The notes under the pieces are model-generated. The model searched no databases. It saw only the letters and a list, made by a program, of their open reading frames with translations, and was not told the origin of the DNA. Shown one piece after another: positions 1 to 12,313 of a DNA stretch of 64,000 bases (its first letter is position 1; every line of letters starts with the position of its first letter). The DNA lies in NCBI GenBank assembly GCA_951406725.2, contig OX597824.1, positions 68,138,001 to 68,202,000 of the forward strand, written 5' to 3'. This DNA is from Octopus vulgaris (Eukaryota). Both the position numbers and the translations under genes were made by a program.

Positions 1-755
1 ATGGAAGAGCTGCTATCAGGAAACCTCTGCTTTCTCATCAAAACATTGAGAAAAAGCTGAACTGGTGTAGAGATCACAAGGGCTAGTCGACAGATCAATG
101 GAAGCAAGTATTATTATCCGACGAGTCCAGTTTTTCTCTTCCCCACTGCAAGGCGAGTTTATATGTAAAAGCAGTCCAGGGAAGCTTTTTATCCTGACTG
201 CTTTCTACCTACAGTGAAGGATTGAGGAGAATCTGTGATGGTTTGGACAGCTATTTCTTGGAATTCTCTTGGTCCCATCGTTGCCCTGCATGGTAGGATC
301 AAATGTAATGATTATCTGAATATTTTGGGAAATCAAGTCCTTCTCATGGTCCAGACATTATTTCCTGATGTCGAGTACAGCTTCCAAGATGACAACGCTT
401 CAATACACACCTCTCGTATGGTTATGATTCGGTATGAAGAGCATAGTAGTGAGCTACAAAATATAGAGTGGCCCCACCTCAATCTCCAGATCTTAATACT
501 ATTGAGCATCTGTGGTGCAACTTGGAGTGACAAGTTAGAAATCGTTACTCTCCATTGTCGTATCTGCAACAGCTGGAACAGGTTTTGCAGGAAGAATGGC
601 TCAAGTTTCCTCTCAAAGAAGTCAGCAAGCTGTAGGAATTCATTCCTAGACGCACTGAAGTTGTTCAAAATACTAAAGGAGGACCAACTCAGTATTAAAT
701 CAAATCAATATTCATTGAATTTAACTGGTGTTCCAATTATTTTGTCCAACCCCTA
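1..755 (+). mobile_element. Tc1-family DNA transposon, 3' part (decayed DD34E transposase plus right TIR)
   Basis: Translates across stops and frameshifts to GRAAIRKP..., W..VLLSDES, MVW..IS...LGP, FQDDNASIH and WP..SPDLN.IEHLW-like motifs. Right TIR ggtgttccaattattttgtccaacccct (727-754) matches the left TIR at 27845 in reverse complement. Confidence 0.85.
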
Positions 756-762
756 TGTATGT

Positions 763-808
<46 letters not shown>

Positions 809-842
809 TACATAAATATATATATCCATATATACATTTATA

Positions 843-960
843 GTGAGGAGCATGACTTAGTGGTTCGGTTGTTGCAATCACGATTGCAAGATCGTGAGTT
901 CGATTCCCAGACAGGGTGTTGCATTGTGTTCTAGAGCAAAGCACTTCAGTGCACGTTGCT
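843..960 (+). mobile_element. tRNA-derived SINE head (family A, CORE-like), truncated
   Basis: A box tgacttagtgg and B box gttcgattcc, followed by ttgtgttctagagcaaagcactt; homologous to 5100-5420. Confidence 0.75.
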
Positions 961-967
961 GTACGAC

Positions 968-1330
<363 letters not shown>

Positions 1331-1352
1331 TTCAGTTTAATCGCCGTTGTCA

Positions 1353-1398
1353 GACAGTCTGATGACGGCAAGTAAATTGAAACTTCGAAATCACTGTC
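1353..1398 (+). ncRNA. Candidate minimal type I hammerhead ribozyme
   Basis: gacagt-CTGATGA-(imperfect stem II aagt/actt)-GAAA-TC-actgtc. Stem I is a perfect 6 bp; stem III is reduced to A-U. Confidence 0.45.
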
Positions 1399-1445
1399 AA
1401 TCTGTTCCTTGTAAAAGTTAATAAACATATACACACATGCACACG

Positions 1446-1551
<106 letters not shown>

Positions 1552-1921
1552 CAGACAGTGAGGGAGAGAATGAGTTAAGGGAAGAATGAAGAGAGGACGG
1601 TGCTCATACGTATGTTTATGCATACGCCACCTTTCTACAGAATTTATACTTACAAAATCTCTAAGATGCAGTATATTGAGAGAAGAGCATTGAATAAGTG
1701 AAACACATCCCAATTATAATCTTTCAGTAAGTAAGCTGTCCATCCTGGGAATGAGTTAGCTAGGCTCCAAAGTGCAGCCGACATGGAACTCATTATAATT
1801 CGCTTTCTTTTCGAGTATAGCTCGGGTATAGCAGTAAAAGTGGTAATCGTGTACGCCTGGAAACGGTATAGAGTTGGTCTTCTTTATTATACATACATAC
1901 ACACATACATATATATATATA

Positions 1922-2725
1922 CGAAGGTGGGCCGAACAGTTCATAGGCTAACTAAGAAGGACTTAGCATACAATATTTAAACTTGGCATGCATTAAATTC
2001 AATATTTACTGATGCTAACTGCATTTTTTCTTTCAAGATAAACCCACATTGGATACTGAATTGAGAACTTGGAAAAGTAATACTAGAGACATTTCGTGAA
2101 AATGCATAAAATTTGGCACCGTGGTGTTATCAAATATCTGCAGAAAAAGGAGTTAGCCCCAAGGACATTCATGCTGACGTGGTTTCTACATTAGGGGATG
2201 ATGTTCCAGCTTTATCGGCTGCGCAAAAGTGGGTCTGTGAATTCAAAAAAGGTAAGGGATCCAAGATCCGGGCGTCCTGCCACAGCCACCACCCATGAAA
2301 ACATCGACTGGTGATGGATGACAAACGGTTAAATGTTAATCAGACGAAGGGGGCCCTGCTTCATCAGGACAATGTTCCTGCACGCAAGTCTGTGATTGCA
2401 ATGGCTGCTGTGAGCGACTGTGGCTTTGAACTGGTTCATTATCTTCCATATTCTCCTGAATTGGTACCATCTGACTATTTTCTACTCCCAAACATGAAAA
2501 AACTCTTGGCTGGGGAGCAGTATCAGGCCGATGATGAAGTCATATCTACTGTTGAGGACATTTTTGGGGGGTAGGGTCAGGATGAGAGTTTCTATATCAC
2601 TGGAATCCAAGTGCTGCAACACCAGTGGAAGACGTGTGTGGACCGCGGGACGACTATGTCGAAAAATAAAACGTTTGGCCAAGTTCGGCCATTGCATTGC
2701 GTATGAAATCTTCAGCCCACCCTCG
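1922..2725 (+). mobile_element. Internally deleted mariner element with both TIRs and TA flanks
   Basis: TIRs cgaaggtgggccgaacagttcataggc and reverse complement cgagggtgggctgaagatttcatacgc. HTH remnant, LHQDNVPA and PYSPELVPSDY mariner catalytic motifs; the first catalytic Asp region is absent. Confidence 0.85.
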
Positions 2726-3096
2726 TATATACATATATATGTTCCTTATGCATTCCAAAATTGGGTTGCCCATTTTGACGTATGGAATATCAAAATATTC
2801 AGTTATTTTTTTGCTACCAAACAAACTATATTTTCATTTACATATATATTCTACGTTATCTCAACAACCAGCTATAATTCTTTGAAAGACACTGCTCTAC
2901 AATGACCAGTTTTATTAGAAAGTGAAAATAGTTTCACACTTACAAAATTACAAAGTGTTGAATTACAAGACTGAGGATGTTTTAATAATGAAAGTAATGT
3001 TTCGCCGAATTAGTTACATCTACTACAATAAAGAAAGGTGCTTATCATTAGTAATGTGATAAGGCTATAATAGTGTTTCACTTTCATTCTTTCTAT

Positions 3097-3330
3097 CGTT
3101 GAAACAGTCGTTCCCGCAAAGCAAATTAAATAAAATTTGGGATTTTTCGCGTATTGTCCTTGCCTTCTTAACGCGGAGTAGATGAAACAGGGACAACTGA
3201 TGAAGGGAAATATTCTTTATGCTGCATGTCTCTTTTCTCTGTTGTTCCGAAAATAATTCGTTTCTACGTTTTTGTTTTTATGTTTTCGCTTCTCGTTGTA
3301 TTCAACTTTTTTTGATGTCCTGTACCCATA
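3097..3330. mobile_element. Dispersed repeat (probable Penelope-like terminus) with internal inversion
   Basis: Same family as 19320-19680 and 59180-59600. Segments 3097-3146 and 3148-3330 lie in opposite orientations. Confidence 0.6.
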
Positions 3331-3332
3331 TA

Positions 3333-3378
<46 letters not shown>

Positions 3379-3440
3379 TATGTAGGTATGTACATATATG
3401 TATGTATATATGCATATATTTATATATATATTTATATTAT

Positions 3441-3503
<63 letters not shown>

Positions 3504-3563
3504 TGTATGTATATGTGAGTTACTGACCAAAAGAAAGAAATTATCCCTCAACATACTTGGTTA

Positions 3564-3666
3564 TTGATAACAATTTGACTCAGTTCTGCATGATTTAAAG
3601 TTTCGTGGGCCTGCCTTACTCGTCTACGAAACTTTAAGTCACCTAGAGCTGAGTCAGTGTTATTAA
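3564..3666. repeat. Imperfect inverted repeat / hairpin
   Basis: gactcagttct..tgatttaaagtttcgtgg pairs with ctacgaaactttaagtca..agagctgagtc. Confidence 0.75.
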
Positions 3667-3689
3667 ATACATATTCACGCCTGTGTATG

Positions 3690-3735
<46 letters not shown>

Positions 3736-3793
3736 ATAATTGGGGACTACAAACGTTAAAGCAAGACAAACATCTCAAGTCATATACATTATA

Positions 3794-3829
<36 letters not shown>

Positions 3830-4121
3830 GGAAAAAATTCAGTCTTACAGCTCTTTCTGGGATATCCCATATTCTGGAATATCCCAGAAACAGCTGTAAA
3901 ACTTGGAATTTTTTCCAGTAATAATAATGTATATGACTTGAGAGATTTGCCTTGCATTAACGTTTGTTGTCTTTAGCAAATATATATTTGCTATATCGGA
4001 AATCTGCAATGGCTCCATAACTACCGTCTCAGCTACAACCCTGGACCCTTAGTAATCCGTTACGGTACTTACTTAGCGTACTTATTCGTTTAGATCACTT
4101 GTGAACTAAACCCCCATACTT

Positions 4122-4183
<62 letters not shown>

Positions 4184-4619
4184 GGGAGAGAAAGAGAGAG
4201 AGATGGTGGAGAAAGAGAGGCGTTGCAGGGTGGTGACAAATTATTGTTCTGTCAGAATGCTAAAAATGAATGATTGTTGATTCCAGTAACAGATCAAAAC
4301 CTTGCTTTCTTCCTGTGCACAGCTTAAAGATATCAGCAATCGGAGAACTGCATCTCAAAGTTGATAGACACGTGATTTTCTTCGGAAAACTACACCAATA
4401 GTTTCTCATTGCTTTTGAGATATTTTTTTACAGTTTGATAGTCTTCTGCTCTCTTGAGCTAACTCTTGAGGCAAAGGGCCTGTTTAACCTTTGGGGAGGG
4501 ACACAGTTCACTGGACATCAAAGTATCACCCCACACTAGTTGCCCTGTGTGGTATATGTCTAGAAGACTTGTATGCCTTAACCATAAAACCTTTTCCTGC
4601 TATTTTGACACCTAACTTA

Positions 4620-4850
4620 TGCCCGTGGAAGATACTACTACCCTGGGATAGTGTAAACCTGGGAACAGTGGTGAGATTACAGAAATTGTTCTTTGTGGCG
4701 TTGGAGAGAAAATTTCTCCCTTCTAATAAATATAGGAAAGTCCTTAATTCCCAAGCAGCTAAACTACTGTATTCCATTACAACTAGCCTAGCGTATATAA
4801 TAGCTACAATTAATAGTAGACGACTGAATAACTTACTCAGGAATAATGTA
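4620..4850 (+). mobile_element. Possible Penelope-like ORF relic (RT-endonuclease linker)
   Basis: FFVALERKFLPSNKYRKVLNSQAAKLLYSITTSLAYIIATIN resembles the PLE motif FL.LI.KHF...K..KIFN...VK.SYS...N...II..HN. Confidence 0.4.
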
Positions 4851-5099
4851 GGCGAAATTAATAAAGTGAATTCTAGGCCTTGGAACATATCGGGCATTCC
4901 TGCGAATCTCTGAGGACCTGGTGCGTTAAATGATAATGATTCTTATTTAACTGCTAAGTCGATTGAATAATGTTTGACCTAATATAAGTGAATAGGATGT
5001 TACACACATAAATAGTAATTGTAATGATAGGGAAGTTACTAATAATAAGTATAGCTTGGTTAATATGAATATCAATATTAACAACGGTGATGCTCTTAA

Positions 5100-5420
5100 A
5101 GACTCCGCCGGTTACGACGACGAGGGTCCCAGCTGATACGATCAACGGAACAGCTTGCTCGTGAAATTAACGTGCAAATGGCTGAGCATTCCACAGACAC
5201 GTGTACCCTTAACGTAGTTCTCGGGGATAATCAGCGTGACACAGAGAGTGACAAGGCTGACCCTTTGAAATACAAGTACAACTCATTTTTGCCAGCTGAG
5301 TAGACTGGAGCAACGTGAAATAAAGTGTCTTGCTCAAGGACACAACGCGTCGCCGGGAATCGAACTCACAACCTTACGATCATGAGCCGAATGCCCTAAC
5401 CACTAAGCCACGCGCCCTCA
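5100..5420 (-). mobile_element. Full-length SINE family A (tRNA head plus CORE-like domain)
   Basis: Minus strand has A box tggcttagtgg, B box gttcgattcc and CORE-like gtgtccttgagcaagacactt. TSD aacaacggtgat at 5080-5091 and 5425-5436. Confidence 0.85.
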
Positions 5421-6021
5421 CAACAACAACGGTGATAGACAGTTACCAAATTGCAAGATAATCCGTCAGTAAGTCGTGCAACTGTAAGCATCCCTCTATT
5501 TACCCATTAGATAGTACGCGTTTTATTAACGATATTGTTTACAAATATGAGGCTACTACTAGGTTATCTAAGTATGTCCACATAGGTGCATCTTTCAACG
5601 ATATCAAATCATTTCCTCTCTAGAAAAATTTAGAAGTTCAAATTCCGCCGAGGTCGACTTTACCTTTCATTCTTTCGGGGTAGATAAAATAATACCAGTT
5701 GTAATCGACTTGCCCCTACACTAAAATTGGTAGCCCTGTGCCAAAGTCTGAAACCAATTATAATAATGGTTTCGAATATCAAGACCAATAGTTTTTCATG
5801 GGAGGGGCTTAGTCGATACCATCTGTTACTCTATTCTAATGTCTCTGAAAGGATGAAAGGTAATGATGCCCTCGGTGGGGATATGAATTCAGGCGGTTAA
5901 GGGCCAGAATAAAAACCACAAGACACTTTTCCGATGCTTTAACAATTCTGTCAATCAACTGTTCTTGCATGAAAACAAATGTATAATCGTCTTATAATAT
6001 AACCACAAATCAAAAGCTTAC

Positions 6022-6252
6022 CTCTCTAAAAAATCCTATGAGAAACCTCATCGCAGCAAAGAGGCCGTAGAACGGTGAAAATGCACAAATCAGGTTCAAA
6101 ATTATCAAGAAGAAATTGCTCAATATACGGGTGGGTTTTCGTCCATATTTGTCGATAAAGTACGTCGATAGAAATCCACTTATAAGTTGTCCAAAAGTAT
6201 ATAAAGTTTGAGTGGTTTCTGCCAAACCTTCTTTGCTACATACCAGATCCCA
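6022..6252 (-). CDS. SLC22: SLC22/organic cation transporter-like gene, coding exon 3
   Basis: ttttcag acceptor and gtaagc donor; 231 nt, phase 0/0. Translates WDLVCSKEGLAETTQ...FIDKYGRKP...FAAMRFLIGFFRE, with the SLC22 WDLVC and MFS D..GRK motifs. Confidence 0.9.
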
Positions 6253-7152
6253 CTGAAAATATAAATATAGGTATACGATTTTTTATCATTGCAACGAGTT
6301 ACAGAATTTTTTAAAGGCGAGTTATAAACAATTGAATTGACCCCAGTAAGTGGGAATGTTACTTATCTTATCGACCAATGTGGGATAAAAACTAAAGTTG
6401 AATTTTACAAAACTGGAATCCAGAACTAAAGGAACATAGGTAAATGTGTTAATGCAGTTTGATATTTTACCAAATATGCCATTTCGATACCTGGTTTCTG
6501 CTTTTTACAAAAGTTACGAATGGCAGCCTTTTGTGTGGTTTTTACTATTACAGCATACAAACCATGTAATGTATTTTCTGAAATAGTACACCACGTTCCT
6601 TATTGTATCAGGATATTCTCCCCTGGGTATAGTAAAATATATGAGACAAATCTGCTTCCCATATACTTCAACACCCATTTTCAATTATTTGAGGCAATAG
6701 CTCTGTAGTGTAAATAAAAAATCTACCCGTCTTAGAAAATAGTAATGGAAACATGCTATAAAACTTTAGCATAGAGATAGACTCCAAAAAAGTACATAAT
6801 AAACCTGATACCATTTTTCATAGAGAAAATGACAATAATGTGCTGCTGACAAACATCAAACGACTAAAATGCGGGGAAAAGGTGACCTAAGAAACTATGA
6901 AATTACACTGACCAAACTGCTTAATTAAATAAAGTATAAGAGTTAAGGAATATATATCACTTCGTTCGTAATTAGTGCTTCTTGTATGAGTAAAAACAGA
7001 CGTAAACAAAAATACGGCTTCAAACTCAGATAAACAGTATACTAAAAACGTCATACATTTTAGTATAATAGGTAAAAAAATTTTAACAGCACTTAACACA
7101 TACAGACCTCGGCCGTATTTGGGCGGTGAAAACATGCAATTAAATGAACTAC

Positions 7153-7240
<88 letters not shown>

Positions 7241-7260
7241 CAACAACGACAACAACACAA

Positions 7261-7792
7261 TGTCCTGATGCAGTACCAGGCAGTGGCTCTCATGGCTTCT
7301 GATCTTAACTGATTGAAAGTGTTATCATGTACATTGTTTTGTCTTGGTATAAAAGATGGGCTACAGCAAATATTCTGCGCAATACCACAGATTTGCTTGT
7401 CAGTTGTTTGACCTTAACTAGTTGATCATGTCCCTTAGTGGATGACGATATGTGATCACAAGCAGAAGTAGTGGGGAAGCATCATAGCCGTATGTTGAAA
7501 GGAATTCTCAGAGGTTTGGATAATTCACCTTTGGAAACATGGGTGTTTTGTTCATCATCCTTAAACAACCCTTATTCAGGGACCTTTTGAGTGGGATGGG
7601 CTACTCGACCTGAAGTAAATTTCAATTGGGTCCCACCTGTTTATCATGATATGAAATCACCATATCGCGCATATATCGTTGTGATGCATGTGCCTGGTGT
7701 ACCCTTATCAGACGGGTAGTCATGATGGGTATACTGGGCTTCGTATATTTTACCCCAGTGTCACTTTGATGGCATACACTACTCTCTCATTC
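7261..7792. mobile_element. ~530-bp non-coding repeat flanked on both sides by (AAT)n
   Basis: Highly similar copy at 29362-29904 that is also embedded in (AAT)n. Confidence 0.8.
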
Positions 7793-8089
7793 AATAATAA
7801 TAATAATGATTTCATTTGCCAAAACGACGAAGAATGAGAGGTACAGTACAAAGACAGACATAAAGTGTGGAGGGTTACATATAACGAAATGATAAAAAAG
7901 GGAAACGAAGGAAAGTATACACGATATACACTGGAAATGAAGGGACATATGCATAGGATACAAAGGTTTAAATTTTTTTTAATAAAAGGAAAGGTGGCAG
8001 GGAGGATGATAGAGATGTGGCTCTCCTTATACAGGAAGTCCTCTAGGGATAATCGAGAAAACCTACTGTCCGAGATTTCCCTGAAACCC

Positions 8090-9048
8090 CAGGAGTAAGT
8101 GCCCTCTCCAATTCCTTCTCACCGACTCACCGGTCTACACTTAGAGAGATACCATCCACTCTCACCATTTTCGCAACTTTCACCCACCTTTCAATAAACT
8201 CACTCGAGGACAGCACTTCTCTCTCCACTCTCAATTTCCTTTTCAAATATAACTTGAAGAGAGCTCGACAAAAGAGGAATGTATCTGTTCACATTCCTTT
8301 CAGCCTTGTCCACCAAACTGCCTTGCCTTCCCGATTGAAGGAGGGCGGCGGGGCGATCATAACTACAGTCTCGGCTGACAGCTGACAGACGTATCCGTCC
8401 CACCCATGATATAATCCCACAAATCAGGAATGCCTGGACACTGAACGAGGGAGTGCAGAACGGTTTCATTACTCTGCGCACACCTCAGACAAGCCCGTCT
8501 GATAGCGCATCCGTGCCTTTAGAGTTTATCTCGAACCGGTAGCGTACCCCGGTAGCACTGCCAGGCCAAGGACACATGGAAATTATTCATGATAGTTCCC
8601 GACCGGAAAGTCCTCCGGAACAGACTAGTCAGTTCGTTCTCGTCGGTGCCCAGAGTCTCCCCGAGGACGTCATCGCACTTACCCACCACTAATTCTCTAT
8701 AAATTTCTAAAGTGGAACATCCACCGATCCCATTGCCCGATTAATAGAGGACTCTGTGAACGCCTGACGACGACATTCTAGGTGCCAGGCACCTAGTCTC
8801 GGTCATTTCTTCACACAGGACTGCAACTCCGTCAAGGAGACGAGCTGCGAAAAGACGAGCCTCACAAACGGAGCCCAGACACGCTCACCGTTCAGAAAAC
8901 GTTGCAGGTGGCGAAACCTAAGAGCGTTTCTGCACATTAGGAGCCAGAGCATATCTAATCCGCCACTCAGAGGATGCTGGCAACAGACTGACCGCTTGAC
9001 CATTGGAACGCGTCCCTTCCTCAAGAATTTAAATAAGAGACTCTCCAA
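8090..9048 (-). mobile_element. L1/Tx1-clade non-LTR retrotransposon, ORF2 C-terminal relic
   Basis: CCQHPLSGGLDM post-RT motif and CLRCAQSNETVLHSLVQC zinc knuckle; frameshifted. Confidence 0.75.
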
Positions 9049-9314
9049 TAATAATCCTTTCTACTATATCCACAATGCTTAAAGTTTGGTGAGGGGGATA
9101 GTCGATTGCATCGACCCCAGTGTTTCCCTGGTACTTAATTTATTGACCCAGAAAGGATGAAAGGCAAAGTCGACCTCGGTGGAATTTGAACTCAGAACGG
9201 AACGGCAGACAAAACATCGCAGAGCATTTCATCAGGCGTGCTAACGTTTAAGAAGAAGAAGAAGAAGAAAATAAGGATAATGATGATGATTATAACAACA
9301 ACAACAACAATAAC

Positions 9315-9394
<80 letters not shown>

Positions 9395-9404
9395 TTAATT
9401 AAAC

Positions 9405-9613
9405 CTCTGAAATGATTGATCGTCTAACAGGTGTTGAATAGTGATAACCATTCAGGCAGGGTAGACTTCGGTTTTGGCCTGGAAACATTCCATTGGTATT
9501 TATAACTTGAATGGAACATTTATCGTATATTAGATCAACTTCACTGCTCGATATATTGTATTGATCAAGTTGAATGTCTGTCAAGTTCTGACATCTGTAT
9601 TCTGGAGAAAGGG
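9405..9613 (-). CDS. SLC22: SLC22-like gene, coding exon 2 (large extracellular loop)
   Basis: ttttcag acceptor and GT donor; 209 nt, phase 1/0, which joins exons 1 and 3 in frame. LSPEYRC...DKC...PCLNGYHY...SIISE has the Cys residues and N-glycosylation sequons expected of the SLC22 loop. Confidence 0.88.
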
Positions 9614-9690
9614 CTGAAAATATATAATTGGAAACTTCTTTGTAAGGAGCAAGGAAACTACTTTGTGTGTGTTTGTGCATGTATATGCAT

Positions 9691-9741
<51 letters not shown>

Positions 9742-10139
9742 AACACACATATATACACACACAATTTTATGTACGTATATGTATATAGCGCTAGCACAAT
9801 TCGTCATCAGCATTCAAGTTAGATATCACTAGATAGCTTGATTGTTATTCTGGTTTCATTCGTAATATCTAGTTTGGTTTTTGTTCAAATAGCATACGAG
9901 CAAAAGATAATTGTTTTTTAACACAGGGAATCGAGCGGGTTTCGAGTCTTTGCTGTGTGTGATTCTAGCAAGGGAGATAATGTTGAGAATAACTCATATA
10001 ACAAAAAGTATTTGATTCTCATTACGGAGAATATGGTGATCACAAACAAGTGCTAGCTAGCATTTAAAACGTAATAGATAATTATATTGTGTCAAGAATT
10101 GTTTTATTGCCTTCAAGTTTTAGCAGAAGGCTACTATTT

Positions 10140-10503
10140 CGGGGGAGGGATAGGTAGATTAAATCGACCCCCAATGCTCAACTGTTACTATTTTGTTGTT
10201 CCCAAGAGGATGAAAGGCAATGCTGACCTTGGCGGAATTTGAACTCAGAACGTAAAGACGGACGAAATACCTATTCTGTACTACCCACAAGGGGTTACAC
10301 ACAGAGGAAACAAACAAGGACAGACACACGGATTAAGTCGATTACATCGACCCCAGTGCGTAACTGGTACTTAATTTATCGACCCCGAAAGGATGAAAGG
10401 CAAAGTCGACCTCGGCGGAATTTGAACTCAGAACGTAACGGCAGACGAAATACCGCTAAGCGTTTTGCTAGGCGTACTAGCGATTCTGCCAGCTCGCCAC
10501 CTT
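10140..10503 (-). mobile_element. SINE family B (Nin/Deu-domain-like), one full copy adjacent to an older partial copy
   Basis: Reverse complement of gaggtcgactttgcctttcatcctttcggggtcgataaa. Further partial copies at about 5635-5700, 5810-5950, 9100-9250 and 55380-55540. Confidence 0.8.
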
Positions 10504-10559
10504 GAATCAAAAGGTAATTTATTGAAAGCAGTTTGCTCATAATCTAAAGCTTTGATGTC

Positions 10560-11768
10560 TTTGACAAAATTAGTTTAAGACAATGTAATATGTATGCAAT
10601 TTGTTTTTGCCGAAATGGGTGGTCACACAACTAATCTAAATGCACTATATAGTGTTATAATTTAACGTTATTATACAATTGATTAATAACGGGAAAACAA
10701 CGTAACCTCAGCCCTGTGACGAGAGCAAAAATCGTATTACTCCACCAGCAAAATGTTTCCTTTCAAAACATCAGCAAGCAACTAAAGTGCAGTAAAACGG
10801 TTTGCGTGCAAGCGTGGAAGTTATACTCGGAGACTGGTCAATATAAAGATTGGCAAAGGACTGGGGCCCCAAGCAAAACGAAGGTGCAGTTGGACCGTCA
10901 AATCCACCGACTTTTGAAAGACAACCAAATGCTGACAGCCGTTGACATTTGTAAATAATTGTCAAACAAGAATGGTGTTTTTTTTTCACCACGATTTGGA
11001 CTACGTGGACGAATCGCTAGGAAAAAGCCAATAATATCCGAAACAAATCGACTCAAACGCCTTAATTTCGCAAAAAGCTATGCTCAATGGACTGACGAAG
11101 ATTGGTGCAGGGTCCTTTGCAGTGACGAGTCACGCTTCTGTATATTTGGATCAGATGGTAAAACATATGTCAGACGTCTCCCAACCGAGGAATTCCATCC
11201 GAAATGCGTGAAAAAGACGTCGCAAGCGGGGGTGGAGGTGTGATGGTGTGGGTGGCATTTAGTAGCTTTGGTGTTGGCCCTCTAGTTAAAGTTGATGGAA
11301 AGCTAAATAGTGTAGGTTATATGAATCTACTAAAGGATAATGTTGTGCCATATTTGACTCACCAAATGCCTCCGGGGGCTATTTATCAGCAGTACAATAG
11401 TCCTGTGCACAAAGCCAAAAAGGTTATGGAATTTTTTGATCACCATAATATTGACGTAATCGAATGGCTTCCCCAGAGCCCGGACCTGAATCTGATCGAG
11501 AACTTGTGGAATTATGTTTCCAAAAGAGTCCATGCTAAAAAACCATCTAATGTAAAACAATTATTCGATTATATCAATGAAATATGGCAAAACATTCCCA
11601 TAGGATTTTGTAATCACTTAGAGAATTCAATGCCGAGGCGTTGTTCAGCAGAATAAAGGCTACGGCACAAAGTACTAATATGTATTTCATTCTTGTTGCT
11701 AATTTTTGCTGCAATCTTAAGTTTTAAATAAAATTATAACGATACGATCTTAAACTAATTTTGCCGGT
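10560..11768 (+). mobile_element. Near full-length Tc1-family transposon, pseudogenised, in SLC22 intron 1
   Basis: HTH, GRIARKKP, VLCSDES, GGGVMVW and WLPQSPDLNLIENLW motifs; second catalytic Asp mutated (QQYNS); frameshifts. TIR remnants gacaaaattagtttaaga and tcttaaactaattttgcc. Confidence 0.88.
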
Positions 11769-12075
11769 AAATTTGAAACGTTTATATTAATTTAGCATTA
11801 GAATTCTTCAAGTTGTATAAAAATAATTATTGATTTGCATCGTTCGAAAGAGAAAAAAATTCTACATAAGGTGTAAAAGATAAAAATATTTTGTATGGTG
11901 TTAGTAACAAAATATTTTGTAAGAAATAGAACTTTTATCATCGGTCTTAAATTTATTTTCACCAGTGTATGTGTGTGTGCATGCGTGCACGTATGTGTGA
12001 ATGCGTGTGTGGGGGGTGTATGTGTGTGTAAGTATGTGTGTATGTGTACGTATGTAAGAATAGAGAGATAACTCC

Positions 12076-12165
<90 letters not shown>

Positions 12166-12174
12166 GATACTTAC

Positions 12175-12313
12175 TTGTAAACACGTAGAAATAAGTGTTA
12201 TAAGCAGATATCAGCAAGGAAGTGCTGAATATAATATACTGGGTGGTATGGAAGAATTTACCATCTCCAAGATTGTCCATAATTTCATCAACATTTACTT
12301 CGGAAGCCTTCAT
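12175..12313 (-). CDS. SLC22: SLC22-like gene, coding exon 1
   Basis: ATG at 12313 in aaaATG context. MKASEVNVDEIMDNLGDGKFFHTTQYIIF... matches the SLC22 N-terminus (D.I...LG..G.F). gtaagt donor; 139 nt, phase 1. Confidence 0.85.

Noticed and set aside
5340-5420. tRNA-like heads (also at 843, 31730, 53630 and 59666) as functional tRNA genes
   Set aside because: They continue into SINE bodies, lack a complete acceptor stem and oligo-T terminator, and some have TSDs.
7690-7790. HDV-like ribozyme at the end of the (AAT)n-embedded element
   Set aside because: Only simple hairpins could be built by eye; the P1/P1.1/P2 double pseudoknot was not satisfied. A descriptor search would settle it.
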